A stretch of DNA of 64,000 nucleotides, taken from NCBI GenBank assembly GCA_028023455.1, contig JAQFVV010000004.1, positions 18,662,001-18,726,000 of the forward strand, written 5' to 3'. The stretch comes from Epiperipatus broadwayi. Lineage: Eukaryota; Animalia; Onychophora. The first letter of the stretch is position 1; every line of letters starts with the position of its first letter. The position numbers were made by a program, and so were the translations under genes. Shown one piece after another: positions 13,645 to 28,246 of this stretch. Under the pieces are notes generated by a model. It saw only the letters and a program-made list of their open reading frames with translations. It ran no database searches and was not told the origin of the DNA.

Positions 13645-14400
13645 TACCATCATTTTCAATCATTATCAATCCACTTCAGAATGAAGGTCTCTCCATAACA
13701 CATCACCAAACTTTCTTATTTCATATATCCATCTCACGTCTCCTCCTAGGCTTTTCACAATTTCTTGGGATCCAATTCATAATGTCAATAATTCATCTAT
13801 TCATCTCTTCTAATATGCTTAGACCAGCTCCATTTTAACCTTTTAATTCTTTCAAAGATGTCAGTAAAACTTGTTTGTTCTCCCACCCATATATTTTATC
13901 TTTGACCTCTTCTTCCTACTCCTGACATATATCTCTCCATACTTCATTGAGTGGTCTGAAATCTCTGTACTGCTTTTTTGTTAAATGTCCAAGTCCCAGA
14001 TCAATAAGTAATAACTAATAAAACACATCTATTAATTTTTTTTTTAAATATATAGAAATATTTCCTTTTAATATTAAATTATTTCTACTGAAAGCACTAC
14101 ATCCAAGCTTAAGTCTATGTTGATTTTTGTCATTATCGTTATTATCATCATTATTTATTAATAATGTGACTAAGATATTTGTAGTTCTTAACTTCTAATT
14201 CCTGATTATAAATTTTTATTTTCTTCTAAGAAAATCCATTACTACAGTCATTTTAGTCCTACTCCTTTACTTTAATCTGATAGCTTTTGCAATATTTCCT
14301 GAAGCACTGTTTCCTAAAATAAACACATCATTTACAAAATCTAGATGATTCCATATTCTAAAATATAAGTTCCATTTCATTAAAAACCCTAATGTTATAT
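13645..14400 (-). mobile_element. RTE-like LINE 3' fragment, decayed
   Basis: Shares blocks with the 9.5-10 kb fragment (aataaaacacatcta...aaatatttccttt); RT-like HLDFVNDV; (tgat)-like tail. Boundaries approximate. Confidence 0.7.
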
Positions 14401-17380
14401 TTTATGACTTTTTATATTAATTTATTGAATATTTATTCAGCAAATAGAATATTATTTTAAAATATACTTTAAAAATTTGTTTGCAAATCATCTGCTTATT
14501 CAAAATTACTATTTGATAAAATAAATGATGTGAAAATTGGCTCTTTGTGATGTCTTAAAATTAAAATATTTAACATTTAAATAACATTAAATAGATAACA
14601 GAACTAAATAAATCAACAAAGTCATGTTGAAAAAAGTACTTAAAAATAAATCATGAAATGTACATTCGAAATTTAATTATTAGATATTATATTGATAGTA
14701 TTATTAGTTATTTACTTATATATTCAAAATATTGTAATGGGAATCAATTTAATAACCCCCTTATATTTACAAAACAAATATAGGCTAGTTGTTTATGTAA
14801 CTAGAACCTCATCCACAATACCCAGTTTATATTTCAATCTATGGCAAAAGTGTATTTATCTAACTATGATAACATACGTTAATGATCAAGCCAAACATTT
14901 ATTGGAAAATAATTCTCTTCAAATACCACTATACTTTTCAAATCATCAGTTTATAGGGCATAATCAATTTTTTGCATATTGAATTTGTAGTCTTTTTATA
15001 ATGATAGTTTTTTTTTTTTTTTTTAGTAGCTTAAAATTTATTCATCCAGGTGCCAACTTTAAGGAATTGAAATAGCAAAGAAAAAAAAATTTGACGAATA
15101 AAGTTATAACCTTGTTTAAATAAACTGGATGGACATGTTTGTTTTAATTTGATTGTTTGATGGCCGGCAAAAGATTAATAAAAAAAATGATATAAAATAC
15201 ATAAAAAAATTATCTTATTATCGATTAAGCTTTTTACATTTTCTATTTTATTCATTATCTGTGAACAGAGAAGGGAGAAAAAAATATATACAATATTCTA
15301 GATCACATAAAACATTCTCATTCTCTCTAACTTATAGTCTTACAGGCATATAATAAAATAATTAAAAATAATAATAAACTATTAATATACTTATTATATA
15401 TACACAAATTAAAAAATATAATTTAACTATTTCCAAAAATGAAAAAGTCACAAAAATTTTAAAGCTAAATAAAAATTTTATAAAACTAAGTCAATAACAG
15501 AAAAAAAAAAATGTCTTTAGGTCTAGATCTTTTAAAAGTCCCTTAATTGTACTAAAGTTCTTGATTTTACCATTATACTACATAATTATTCTTTTTGACT
15601 ACTAAATATAGGCATTGGTATTTATAATAACAGCATGTTAGTAAAGACGAAAGAACGATGTTTCACTGTAACCCTGTACTTTCTTTTTTTTTTTTTATAT
15701 CATTTTTCTTGGTTAGCAGTCACAATATATTAATTATTTCCAATTTCATTGTTGTAAGGTGTTTCTTGCTTATATGATTAATTTTCAATTGCTTTACCAG
15801 GTTTCTGATTTACTTTCATGCTTTAGTCACCTATTTGAGATATGATGTTTTGCTAAAAACTAAGTGTATATTATAGGACAATTTTTAAATAGATCACTTC
15901 TCTAAGGAAGTACGACATCTATATTTCTTTTGGACTTGAGACAATCATGGCAACAAAGGGCATTACTTAGTTTGGACACTCAAACATAATATTTTTTCTC
16001 TCAATAAACTAAAATAGAATTATTCATTGATTTATCATCTAATGCTGAAAGTATTTTTTTAAACCAATTTCTTCTCATAATTGTATATCCAGAATCCTTT
16101 AACAAAAGTTGTGCAGCTGATGTCTGCAAGCAACATTATTTCTAAAGAACAAGCTAAACACAGAACCAACTCAAATCTTTATTTTTTTTTTTATCGTTTT
16201 GCCTCAATTTATATATCTTAATTACCTGTTGATACAACAAAGTATGTTATGTTTTTATTAGCATCATGATAATCTATTTTAACCATAGTATATTTCCTTT
16301 TAAAATAGTTTTTACACTCAATTAGCTTAGCATACAATGTCATTTGTCTTTTTTAAACAAAATCGTTATCAAATGATTTTTTAATTGATTTTGTACATGT
16401 TGTTCTCCTTTTGTCTGTTTTACTATTCATTAAAACAAAACCATTTAGATTATTATACAATGCTAACAAAATTCTCTTTAATTAAGCCAATTTTTACATA
16501 TTTAAAAATTAACTGGCTGCAAATAAAATCTTACAAAAGAGAAAAAGAAATTTTTTTAAAATTACTAGCTTGTAAGGCTTTACAAATATTAAAATGTGCC
16601 CATGTACAGGTATTTTACTTTCATTATTGTTACCCCCCCCCCTCCAATCCCTTCTTGCAAGTCTGTACTTTACTTTTGAATCAAATTTTAATGGGATTTG
16701 GGGGGGGGGGGTCATTCTTTCCCCTTTCTCTCATCTACATAAAAACAATTTCTATTTACCCTTCAAATTTAGTTAGTTTCTCATTTTTGGAAATGGTTAA
16801 ATTATATCACCCTTAATCTATATATATATAGTTTTTTCTAACATTTTGTAATTATTATATTTTTGTACTTTTAACTCTTTGCCTCTAATTGAATATATGC
16901 CCTTATCGCTGCACCCATGTATGATGAATGCACAAGTTCCATCATTCACTCGTCTTTTATTCTTTTTTTCATAAAAGATAAGTTTGTTTTTCTATAATAA
17001 AAATTAAGGATTTTATCATGACTTTTCCAATTAAAGCATTTTTTTTTTCTCATTTGCAATATTTTGAGTTTAATATTTACAAAGAAATTTACAGGAACAT
17101 AATTAATTATTCAAGCACATGCTAATTTTCAACAGGAGTTTGGAACGCTACATTTTCTTGTAGTTTATTGCTAATAATTTTTCAGAAGTAGTAGTAGCTA
17201 TGACAAGCTATTTTTGTCCATAAGTGCAGCAATTTGTCTTTACAACATTATTTTTTTCCCCCGGTAATTTTATAATTTTTCTTAATTTCTCTATTTTTTA
17301 TGCATTGACTATAAATTTCATAAAATAGCATTTAATACACTTTTCTTCATTCACTTTTTTATTTACACCTTGATAATATT

Positions 17381-17777
17381 TCGGGGTCCCCAACCCTATG
17401 CCCGCGGGCACCATGGCGCCCGCAGACCATTTTACATGTGCCCGCCGCTATCCGAACACGATAAAAAATTATTTATCTGATACAAATAAATTTAATTTTT
17501 AAAATTTCTTATAAATTATTGTATTATATTGTAATCAAATTGTAGGGCATACTATATTTTTACAGCGTAAAAGTATAAACCTTAATTATATGTTAAAATT
17601 TTATTTTTGAAATAAATATTTTTTTGTACATTATGTGTATTATTAACAATATCCAACTATAAATTTACATTGAAAAAATAAATGGTGCGTGCCCCCTGGT
17701 TGAAAAAATAAATGGTGCCCGCCAACTGGCCGGTATTATAGAATATGCTCTTAAGTGCAAAAAGGTTGGGGACCCTG
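17381..17777 (+). mobile_element. hAT (Charlie-like) MITE, copy 1
   Basis: Termini tcggggtccccaacc ... ggttggggaccctg; reverse complement of 19367-19744; TSD not recognisable. Strand is relative to copy 2. Confidence 0.85.
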
Positions 17778-19366
17778 GTTTAGACTGACTGGCAGTCTTC
17801 ATCAGAGTCTATATGCAATTAAATATGAAATACATAATATTATATAAATCCATATAATAGAATATACATACTACAATTATATTTTAATAAACCCAATATA
17901 CATTTTTTTAACAATTTTATAAATATTAACTTTTTTTTTTTTTATCTAAATTTTTATATAAAATACTGTATATATTTTATAATTTACATTTATGATATAT
18001 CATTTAGGTTTCAAAAAGGACATATTATTTATTAGCCATTTTCTGTAATTAATAAGTCTGTTTTTGATTACATTATATTAATAATAAAAAAAAATAGAAA
18101 AATTGAAACTATCATAATTAAAAAGATTCCATTAAATTTAAATAAAGATTTAAGCTTGAAAACAGTATTTTTATAAAGTTTAATTTCATAAAACTTAAAT
18201 AAATATATAAATTTAGGAAATAAATAATAGTTACAAAGACTACTACCAGAGGGAGTTAGTAAATCAAGTTTAAAAATTTATAAAAAAAATGTAAAAAGTT
18301 ACAAAATTTGGAGAAATTAAAAGAAGATTAAAAATATTAAATTATGTAAGCAATTATAATTCAGTTAACATAAAAATATTTTAATAATAAAAATGTTTAG
18401 AAATTACATTAATATAAAATAGAATGTTCTTTTTATATAAAGATTTAGATGAAAATAAAAAAAAAACAGTAAATATTTATAAAGCTGTTAAAAAAATTTA
18501 TATATTTATTAATATATAATTAATTATATTATGTATCATCTATTATGTAGATATGTAAAATAAATGTTTTACATATTTAATTATATATAGTTATATATTA
18601 AAAACTATTAAGTAGTCATACATTTGAAATGTAAAAAAATATTATCAAGGAATAAATCAAATTTACTGCATTATAATCAATGAAAGTGTATTAAATGGGT
18701 AATTTTACAAAGTCGCCATAAATACTCATCAAAAAAAAAATTGAGATAGAGAATTTACTTTTTCAAACTACATCTTTGCATAAATGCTTTAACAGTGATC
18801 AAAAAAGAATGTGTTATGAATTGCTCCATACATAAATTACAACTGCATTTTTATTCTTTTGCTACATTGTTATAGTAGACCATTATTATTACTAATATTC
18901 TGAATTGCATTAAATCTAAATCTTTTTTTTCCGGTTTAATGCACGTGTATTGAATTTAAATCAATTATAGCCTGAAAAATCTGCCAATTTTTCTTGATTA
19001 TGCATAGACCTTACAAGAAAAAAATACTTATGGGATTTCTAGGAAAAGCAAAACATGCCAATATCTATATTTTGATATTTTAGAAATTTTATAAGGAATG
19101 CAATGAATCTGTTAATAAAAATACAATTTTAAAACTTAGAATTTCTGAAGAAATATAAAAAATATTAATTTTTAAACGTGTTAAACATCTTATTTTGTTA
19201 TATTAACTTGAATGTGTAATGGCAATACTTTTTCCAGTTTTATTACCTTCGTTACTTTTATGATATCATATACTTATTGGATTTTTGCATAGGCCAAACT
19301 AAAGTTATTGTAAAAATTGTGTTTTAAACCAATTCTGCAAAAAACCAATATGGCTACTGACTAGAC

Positions 19367-19744
19367 CAGTGGTCCCCAACCTTTTTGCACTTAAGAGCAC
19401 ATTCTATAATATCGGCCAGGTGGCGGGCACCATTTATTTTTTTCAACCAGATGGTGGGCACCATTTATTTTTTCAATGTAAATTTATAGCTGGATATTGT
19501 TAATAATACACATAATGTACAAAAAAATATTTATTTCATAAATAAAATTTTAACATATAATTAACGTTTTTTACGCTGTAAAAGTATATAGTATGCCCTA
19601 CAATTTGATTACAATATAATACAATAATTTATAACAAATTTTAAAAATTAAATTTATTTGTATCAGATAAATAATTTTTTATTGTGTTCGGATAGCGGCG
19701 GGCACACGTAAAATGGTCTGCGGGCATAGGGTTGGGGACCCCTG
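19367..19744 (-). mobile_element. hAT (Charlie-like) MITE, copy 2
   Basis: TIR cagtggtccccaacc ... ggttggggacccctg; 8-bp TSD gactagac / gactagat. Confidence 0.9.
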
Positions 19745-20502
19745 GACTAGATAGTTAAAGAATGTAATAATCAGATATTTTACGGTAATATCTCCGCACT
19801 AAACTCTAATATATTTATTTCTATACTTAACGCTTTCGAATGTGCATCACAGAATTAGAAACTTCAAGTGATCAAGAGTAGTATTGTATTTTTTTCTCTG
19901 TACTTTTTCTCTCTCTCTTTTCCACCCACAAATGAATAAAAAAGTAATGTAACAAACTTGACAGAAAATAAGATAATTTTTTTACTGTACATATATTTCC
20001 TTATTAATCGTTAGCTTCCATTATTGAGTTTCTTAAAAATTATCAAATTAAACCAAAGACACCCACTCACGTTTTTCAATAAAGATTATATTTGGTGGTA
20101 AAGAATGATCTCGGATAGATATAACTTTGTTTCTTTTTTTTGCTTAAATGTTATTAATAAATGTGATGTTAATTAAACATGTATGAGGGGGAAGTGTTCT
20201 TTTGTGTCACTTCAGTAACATGTATGGTCATATGAGGTTGAAGTATTTATTGCTATCCATAATATTAATATTCTCTGCAAGTTATTAACAAGTAATAGTT
20301 TATGGGAAATTTCAAAAAAACAGATTTGAAGTGTCATTTTAAATCATAATATTTCAAGAAACTGAAGCTAGTGCCTGAAAAAGTAAATTTTAAGCTATTC
20401 AAAGAAAAAAAAAAAAAAGGCTGTCATTATAAAAGATCATAAGTTTAACACATGCTAATAAGTGACTATAAATTTGAAGAAAATTATTCTTCTACACTCC
20501 AC

Positions 20503-20575
20503 GTGATTTAGTACAGTGGTAAAATGTCAAATGGTGAAGTATTAAGATCCTCTGATTAATTCCAGATCTTATGAA
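20503..20575 (+). mobile_element. Possible decayed tRNA-derived SINE head
   Basis: A-box-like tagtacagtggtaa followed about 40 nt later by a degenerate B-box-like ctgattaattcc. Confidence 0.3.
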
Positions 20576-23500
20576 TTCCTTAATAATAAATCATTCGACT
20601 ACTTATTTATTCTTCAATGAATGTCTAGCTTGATCATTAGTATACATAATCATAGTTAGATAAATGCACTTTTAGATAGGTGGAAATGTAAACTAGCTAT
20701 TGCGGATGAGATTCCCATTACATATATTATTATCCTAATTACATAGTAAATCCCAGAAAAAGAGGATTACCTAACAAATTATATCCTGTTGCTCATTAAT
20801 TGTTACAGTATGGGTTTGAATATAAATTATCATCAGAAGTAAATATAAGTAAAAAAACAACCACATAAGATCACTAACAAGTAATCATCAACAGTCACCC
20901 TTTATGACTAGATTTTAAAGTTTCTCTACTAGAAAATTTTAGGTTAATCAAGGAATAGCTTATCATGAAGATATAATATTATATAAATGCAATTGTTAAC
21001 ATTTAAAAAATTATTTTTATTTCTTCGTCAATTCTGCATTTTAATAGAAAAAAAATTAAAATTATATTTTCATTAATAGTTTCCTTACATTTCTTATTAA
21101 AGTTCTTAAAATAATTCATTATTCTAACTAGAAACTTTGATACATTTTATTTTTCCAACCCCCTCTTCCCTCCAATGCAAATATTCTTTCTTTGTGTTTG
21201 TGTATAATCAAATGAAGAGAAACTGGGCAAATACAAAAACTTTTTACTAATTCAATACACAGTGTGGCTAAATAAAAAAAAATAAGTTCAAATTTAATGC
21301 AATGTAAAATATTAATAATTTATTAAAGGATCTTTTTATTATCTGTTGTGGAAAAAATTTCAACATATTAGATAAAATTCACCTAAAATATAAAAACAAG
21401 TGATTACTATAAAATAATTGCTTACCTACAATAAAATGTTATTGTAATCATGTTTAGCAAAAGAATAAGCATATAAATAAAAATGCAGTTATAATTTACC
21501 CATTAGAACTACTAATATGTCTCATCTTTTCTTATCACAGTCAAAGCATCTACAAAAAAAGATGTGGAGTGAAGCTGGCACATCAATCAACATTTCTGAA
21601 GTTTAATGAAGTGGAATATGAAATGGTGCATTGACTACCTCAATTTCAATTGATAAGCAATAAAGAAGACTCAGACAAATCATCATTCCACATAGCCAAA
21701 TAAACTTTTATGCCTTTTTTGCTTTTTTAGGCAGACATTTTCTTTTTGAATATTATAAAACTACTGAGAGCTCAGCTAAAGTACTCAATCACTGGTCAGC
21801 ATTAGAAGTTGTATTTTTATCTGTGTTCAACTTCATATGAGAAACGTCATCTATACAGATTCATCATTTGAATCCTCCCTTTATTAGTTTTGAAGGATTT
21901 TTTATTTCATGCCATTCAAGTCAATAAATTTTTTAATATCTTTATCAACTATTATCTTTCTATGTATATGATATGCAAATCTAAAATTTATATTGCAATA
22001 ATATTATATATATATAACTGATCCTAAGTTTATAACTCTGATCGCAATTCTTATTTTTAATATTAGACCATTTTTATTTCTCATTAAAATGTAGACAAAA
22101 TAATATATGAAAAATTCATAATTTCTGAAAAATAAAAAAATATCTTTGTTTCTTGTTAGAAATCCGGATATCTCTAATCTATACACAGGTGACCTAAATT
22201 TACCCACATATTTTTAATGTTAAAAATACTTTTCTATCAAATAATAATTTGCAAAAAAAAAAATTAATATGAACGTGTGATTGAAAACTCAAGCCTTGGA
22301 AACTTGGCAAAATTACCCGGCAATACCTGTTAAATCAAAAACATTCAATAGTAAAAATTAATTCCAGTTTGATCAGGAAGACAAAGATGGCCTGTTAATT
22401 TTTTTTTTTTTTTTTTTTAAGAATCGTAACTATTAGTATTTCTGAGAAATCATTAGTAGAAAACCAGAAGAAAATAATTTCCAAATATGACAGCTTTGCA
22501 ATGGTGAAATCAGTCAATGCTTGAATCGGTTGAATAATCTTTTATTATCTACTGTAAATTTCTCTAAAAATATAAACATGATTGAGTAATGACAATGATG
22601 GTGCCTGTGCTCAAAAAATAGTTGGAAGTGTTTTGAAGATTGTCATTCATGAGAGCTGTTGCTTAAATATGTACATATCACATAATGACATAAAGTAAAT
22701 AAGCTTAAAATTATTAGTATATGATAAGCCAATCTAAAAGTTAAAAGATGTATTTTTAATAAATCAAATTCAATAAAGACACATGGGTTGCTATCAGGTA
22801 GATAAGATATATATGATATGGAATATCAGTCATTGTCTTAATACTACTAACATTTATATTATATTGATATAGTTCAGATACTCATAAAAAAAAATTAAAT
22901 GAAGTTATTAATAACAAGCAAAGGATATTTACTTTTTTTATTTGTTTGCATTTTTATTTGCTAATTTTTATTCCTGCTATAATATTAAATAATAAATATT
23001 ATTTAATTATTAACTGGCTGTGTTGTAAGATTCTCTTTATTTAGAATGAATATAAGTCTTATTGATATAAATCCTTGTTTAGCTCAATTACTTAGTTCAA
23101 CTCTGCAAAACAAAAAAATGTGCATATGAATTTCATCATGCGGAATGAGAGATTTTAAGATTTTAACATTAGTGAATCGAAAAAATCTCTAATGCAAATA
23201 GGTAAGATTCTTCGATTTCATTTTAAAATTATTTTAAGCATTATTAGATATGTCTAATAGACAGATGCATATTAATTAATGGGCAGGCATATTAAAGTGA
23301 CTTTACAGTCAAGACTATCAAGAGTAAATTTGTATCAGTGACATTCAGCAGAAGTGTAATCATAAAGTCCTTATCTATTTTGGTGAAAGACTAATATTCA
23401 AACAATTAGTACTTTAATATAATTATATAGATACTCCTACACAAAATACAACAAAGATTTTTAAATCAAATATAATTCATAATTTTTTTAAAAAAAAAAA

Positions 23501-24276
23501 CACTTCTTTGATCATTAAACTTAGTTTTTATTCAAGTCTAAATCTACCAGTTATATCAAATGATTTTATTACAAGAATGAAAAATCACCTCATCAGTGAA
23601 AATTGGGTCCTTTTTTAAAATCACTGCATTTAATTATTTTGATGGATATGTTTTGCAAAATCAAAAAAAAACAAATTTAACAATTTAATTCTTGTGTTTA
23701 ATGCCAGGATATCTATTCACTCTTTAATAATATAGACAGACATAAATTATAAATATTCTGAATGTTATAATTAGTATAAACTTATAATCAGACTGCAATA
23801 TATATATATTTAATTTTATCATATATGATGCAAATATCTGCAAATATTTTCTCATTTAGTAATCTTTCACAAATATTTATCAATAATTTTTTAAAATATT
23901 GAATAGCATTTCTAAGGACGATATTTCATTTAGAATAATAAATCCTTTATTTATTTTATTAAATTGTTCTGTTTGTTAGATTCTAGGGCAGTGATGGCTA
24001 ACCTATGACGTGCGTGTCAGCAGTGACGCGCTGAGATGTTTTTGCTCACAAGCATGTCATGGCGCCAAGTTCTGTTTTGATATTCAAAACAAAAATGAAT
24101 GTTTTAGAGTGTTTTTTCCATATTTTTTTTACATATTATAAATTATTTTGATAAAATATGCTGAAAAGATAATCATTTTAGAAAAATAGTTCAGATTTTA
24201 GAAAAAATTCTTTATTTTTACGCGATCGTAAATTGAGAAAAATATCAGCAGCAGCGTTCTCAGTATTTTCTAATAG

Positions 24277-24798
24277 TAAACAAGCAAAAACTCTCCATAT
24301 AGTAGTGCCACTTTGTGCTAACCAGAGTAATCAATGGATGCCAGAAGGCTTGTGCATAAATCCCTATCTAGTGCCTACTCATCCAAAATAGGATAATGGT
24401 GGCTGTGGGTGTTAAAGAGCCAAAGTCACCAAAATGTATGGGTGCTGAATTGAGTTCAAACCCATATGACTATATAAGCTATTGAGCTCAGATTGAAAAT
24501 ATTATTCATTCTCATAATTTTGTAGTGAAGTAGAGATAAAAGGTGGCTGCTGGAGGGTTGCATTAGATCCTAAGATCTAGGTGCAGTGATCTCAGATCCA
24601 AGGCTCCTCACTGATGAAGGCCACAAGCCAGAAACTAGTCTGGGGATATTTGATGAATAGGTACTAGATAGGGAATTTATGCACATGCCTTCTGGCATCC
24701 ATTGATTACTCTGGTTAGCATAAGGTGGCACTACTATATGGAGAGTTTTTGCCTGTTTACTAACAGTTATGTGCTAGCATGAGATGGTGATCATGTGA
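24277..24798. mobile_element. Hammerhead-carrying repeat, locus 3: short inverted arm + ~410-bp sense arm, nested in the hAT element
   Basis: 13-bp TSD tattttctaatag at 24264-24276 and 24799-24811; inversion at about 24386/24387. Confidence 0.92.
24596..24654 (+). ncRNA. Minimal type I hammerhead ribozyme
   Basis: UCCUCA CUGAUGA(24611-24617) AGGC cacaa GCCA GAAA(24631-24634) CUAG UC UGGGGA; predicted cut after 24640. Confidence 0.85.
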
Positions 24799-25315
24799 TA
24801 TTTTCTAATAGGTTATGATCATTTGTTTGACGTTTTCCGCTACAAATTATTTTTATAATTATAAATAGATATTTATTTTTGAAAAAACTTTCATTCACTT
24901 TCATAACCTGACAAATTATTAATTTGTTTTTTATAAATGAAACTAAAACGAATATAATACTAAAAGATGAATATATTTTTACTGCTGATTCTGTAATTGA
25001 ACCAATCAAAAGTTTTAGATCTTTAACTCACTGGGAAAATAGGAAAATCTAACCATGAAAATGTTAATAGGAAAAGAGAACACCCCATCGGAGATGGTTA
25101 ACCCTACCAAGATCTCACTGTGCTACCACTGTACCCCAACAGTTACTGCTCAGCAATTCTGGGAGAAGGGAACACCTCATCCGAGACTTTAGTTTAGATA
25201 CCCCCTAATTGCCTGCAGGGCTAACAGGCTATCAATCTCCTGTCACAGCCCCCCTGATGGAGAGCCCAAAAAATAAAAACCAAGATTAAATAAAGGAAGT
25301 GGTAGTAGCAGCAGC

Positions 25316-27093
25316 CGACCTTTTCAAGAGATATGGACCAAGATGTCATTAATGACAGAAATGGCAGATTATTTTGCATTCTGTGTAATGAAATGGTAGT
25401 AAGCAGAACGTGGAATATAAATAGATATTTTGAAACTAATCAATCCCAGCTCTTGAGAAAAAGTGAGGATGAAAGAAAGGAATGCATTTTAAGACAACTA
25501 CACCTTTATAAGAGTCAATCTAATTCTATCCTTAAATTTTTAAGAGGCTCTATAAATTTAACATCTGCAAGTTTCAGCATTGCTCACTCCATATCAGCAT
25601 GGGAAAGCTCTCAGTGAATTTATTAAAGAAACTCTTCTAAGATGTGCACCAGTTCTATTTCACGATATTCAGAATAATGAAACTGAATACAAACATACAA
25701 CATCAATTAAAGATACTTAAATAATTGTAAATATTTTTCGATCTCTCTTGATGAAACTACTGACGTCACATCAAATACTCAGTTGGCTAATATTGGTCAA
25801 TATTCTGATGATCTCACAATGAGAGAAGAGTTGATAAAGTTAGTATGAGTGCCAACAAATACATCAGGAAGCTAAATATATAAGGTTGTTATACAAACAT
25901 TCCATGACCTAAGCATTGATATCTCTAAAGTTGTATCAGTGACAACAGATGGGGCACCCAACATGGTGGGGGGAAAAATGGGATTTGTAAAATTGTTTAT
26001 GGAAGCTATTGGACATCCGATTGTGCCTTTTCATTCTATTATCCATCAGGAGATGTTATGTGCCAAGGTAGGATTCACAGACTTAAACGACTTAATGTCA
26101 ATTGTTATAGAAATAATGAATTTAATAGCTGCTCGCCCCATTCACAAGTAAGAACTTTCTGCACTTTTACTGGAAGTTGATTCAACCTATAGTGGACTGC
26201 TGATGTTCAATAATGTGAGATGGCTCAGCTGAGGCAAAGTTCTGGAGCGTTTTGTGGAGTGCTTTGCAGAAATTAAGGTATTTCTTGAGGATAAGGATCT
26301 GGGAAACTTTCCTCAACTCAATGATCATAAGTGGGTCAACACACTAATGTTTTTTTACAGATCTCTCTGTTCATATTAATGAACTAAACTTAAAGTTACA
26401 AGGTTTTGGCAAAAGTATTGATGCTATGTTTGGATACATAAAAGCTTTTGAAAGTAAACTTAAAATTTTCAAGCAAGATGTCAAAATTAAAATTTATATG
26501 TATTTTCCTCAAGTAAAAAAGTATTTTGAGAAGGCTTAGCGCAACTGTACAAAATGAAATGGAGCCCTTGCATATAAAGTACCAGCATTACTTGACCAAG
26601 ATTTAATCAATTTAGAAGCCTGAAACAGACAATGAAAACTATCAAGTATCCAGGTGTAATAATCTACAGTAGTTTGGAATTAAATGGTTTCCAATGTATG
26701 CAAATTGATGATTTGGAGATGCAACTTGCAGAATTTCAAGACAGCATCTGGGCTCAGGTGTTTGTCGACTTGAGGTCAAAGCTTGAGAATCTAGAAAGGT
26801 GTCACTTGAAGTCTGAAGAGGAGTGCTACCACGAACAGGAAAATTTGGATTGCTTGCGACCAATTACCAGACAATTTTAGCACTCTGAAAAATATAGCTA
26901 TGGCTTTACTCACAATTTTTCCTTCTACGTACTTTTGTGAGACCTTATTCTCAGCATTAATTAATATCTAAACCAATAAAAAAAAACGACTGACAGATGA
27001 ACTTAGTAGCGCTTGCATGGACTGAAGTGTACGAAATACCAACCTTCAATTGAAGATTTAGCCAATAAAATTCAGCAACAAAAAAGTCACTAA
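25316..27093 (+). pseudogene. hAT transposase (GTF2IRD2-like) pseudogene
   Basis: Across stops and frameshifts: BED-like FCILCNE, SLDETTD, VTTDGAPNMVG, FHSIIHQEMLCAK, VRWLS*GKVLERF, C-terminal FPSTYFCETLFS...RLTDEL. Confidence 0.9.
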
Positions 27094-27959
27094 GCAGGTT
27101 AGGTAAAGAATTATTTATTTTTGGTTTATTAGTACATATATTAAAATTATAACTTTTTGTTATTAGATCTACAAATATCACAAAATTATGGATTTTTCTT
27201 GAAGTGACATAGCACTTGAGTTATGCTGTTTTTTTGGCGAATTTTGACATACCGAGCTCAAAAGATTGGCCATCACTGCTCTAGGGCCATCTATTATAAG
27301 CTTGAATCCGAAGGTTGGGATATACAACTACCATATATTGTCCATTGATTACTTAAGTTTACAATAGATAGATTTGAAGAAGAGTTGCTAGGAATGAATT
27401 ACTGTCGAAATTTAAAAAGTTTATAAATGCCTTATTTACTGTAAGTATATAAAATGTAATTATTTTAATATTTTTTATGATTTATTTCAATAAAGCAAAA
27501 TCAAATTCTTTATAATTTTAACACATCAGAAATGAAAGATGAAATCTCAAATTTTTTGGTAATATATGGAAAGATCTTTAATTTAAATATTATTCTAAAC
27601 CCATTGCTCCTGAAAGGAAATTTTTTAATTTAATGAAATATCAAAAACCTCTTAAAATACAACAAAAAATATTTCAAAAGTAAATGATATTCAGTTCTAA
27701 AAAAGTATCAACACTTTTATATCTAATTTAAGCCCATCCACCTGCCACTGCAAACATAATTTCATTTTTTTATATTTTGTAAGACATACAACATTAAAGT
27801 ATTTACTTAAAAATAAAAAAAAAAGGTAACTCTACATTTAAGTCTAGTAAAAATTACATTATCAAATATATTATAAATATAAAAATTGTTCATTTGATAA
27901 AGCATATTGCATATAAGCATAAACCAGGTTTTAAAAATGCAATAGCAAAATTAACTTAC

Positions 27960-28208
27960 AAGGATCATAATCCATAGTGAAATCATCCTTAGTGGGGTTT
28001 TCATTATCTGGAGGCAGAAAAAACTTAAAGGGTGGACCGTGTCCCATACTAGCATCATCTGGATCTTTTGCACGAATTTCAATGACGAATGCAGGTGGAG
28101 TATGCTCCAGAACTACAGGGTGGTAATCTTCATAAAATGTGGGGAAATTATCGTTGACATCACGAAGATTCACGGTCAACGTTCCAGTGGCTGTCTTGGA
28201 TGGAACAC
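27960..28208 (-). CDS. CadN: Cadherin exon, 249 nt, phase 1-1
   Basis: aattgtag|GT GTT CCA TCC ... CCT T|gtaagt. Encodes GVPSKTATGTLTVNLRDVNDNFPTF...AKDPDD...GPPFKF...DYDP. Confidence 0.95.
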
Positions 28209-28246
28209 CTACAATTATTTTAAATATATATCTATGGTTATATGTA

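Larger units (their letters stand above)
24256..25306. mobile_element. Unclassified insertion (~516 bp native length) in the hAT transposase N-terminus; hosts the locus-3 hammerhead element
   Basis: 9-bp direct repeat agcagcagc at 24247-24255 and 25307-25315. Removing the insert restores a frame ..KNISSSRPFQEIWT.., typical of the start of these transposases. No TIR seen. Confidence 0.6.
23989..27278 (+). mobile_element. hAT DNA transposon (Buster/Charlie/SPIN-type), decayed, with nested insertions
   Basis: TIRs cagtgatggctaacct ... agattggccatcactg; 8-bp TSD ttctaggg / ctctaggg (1 mismatch) resembling the nTCTAGn target preference; transposase remnants inside. Confidence 0.92.
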
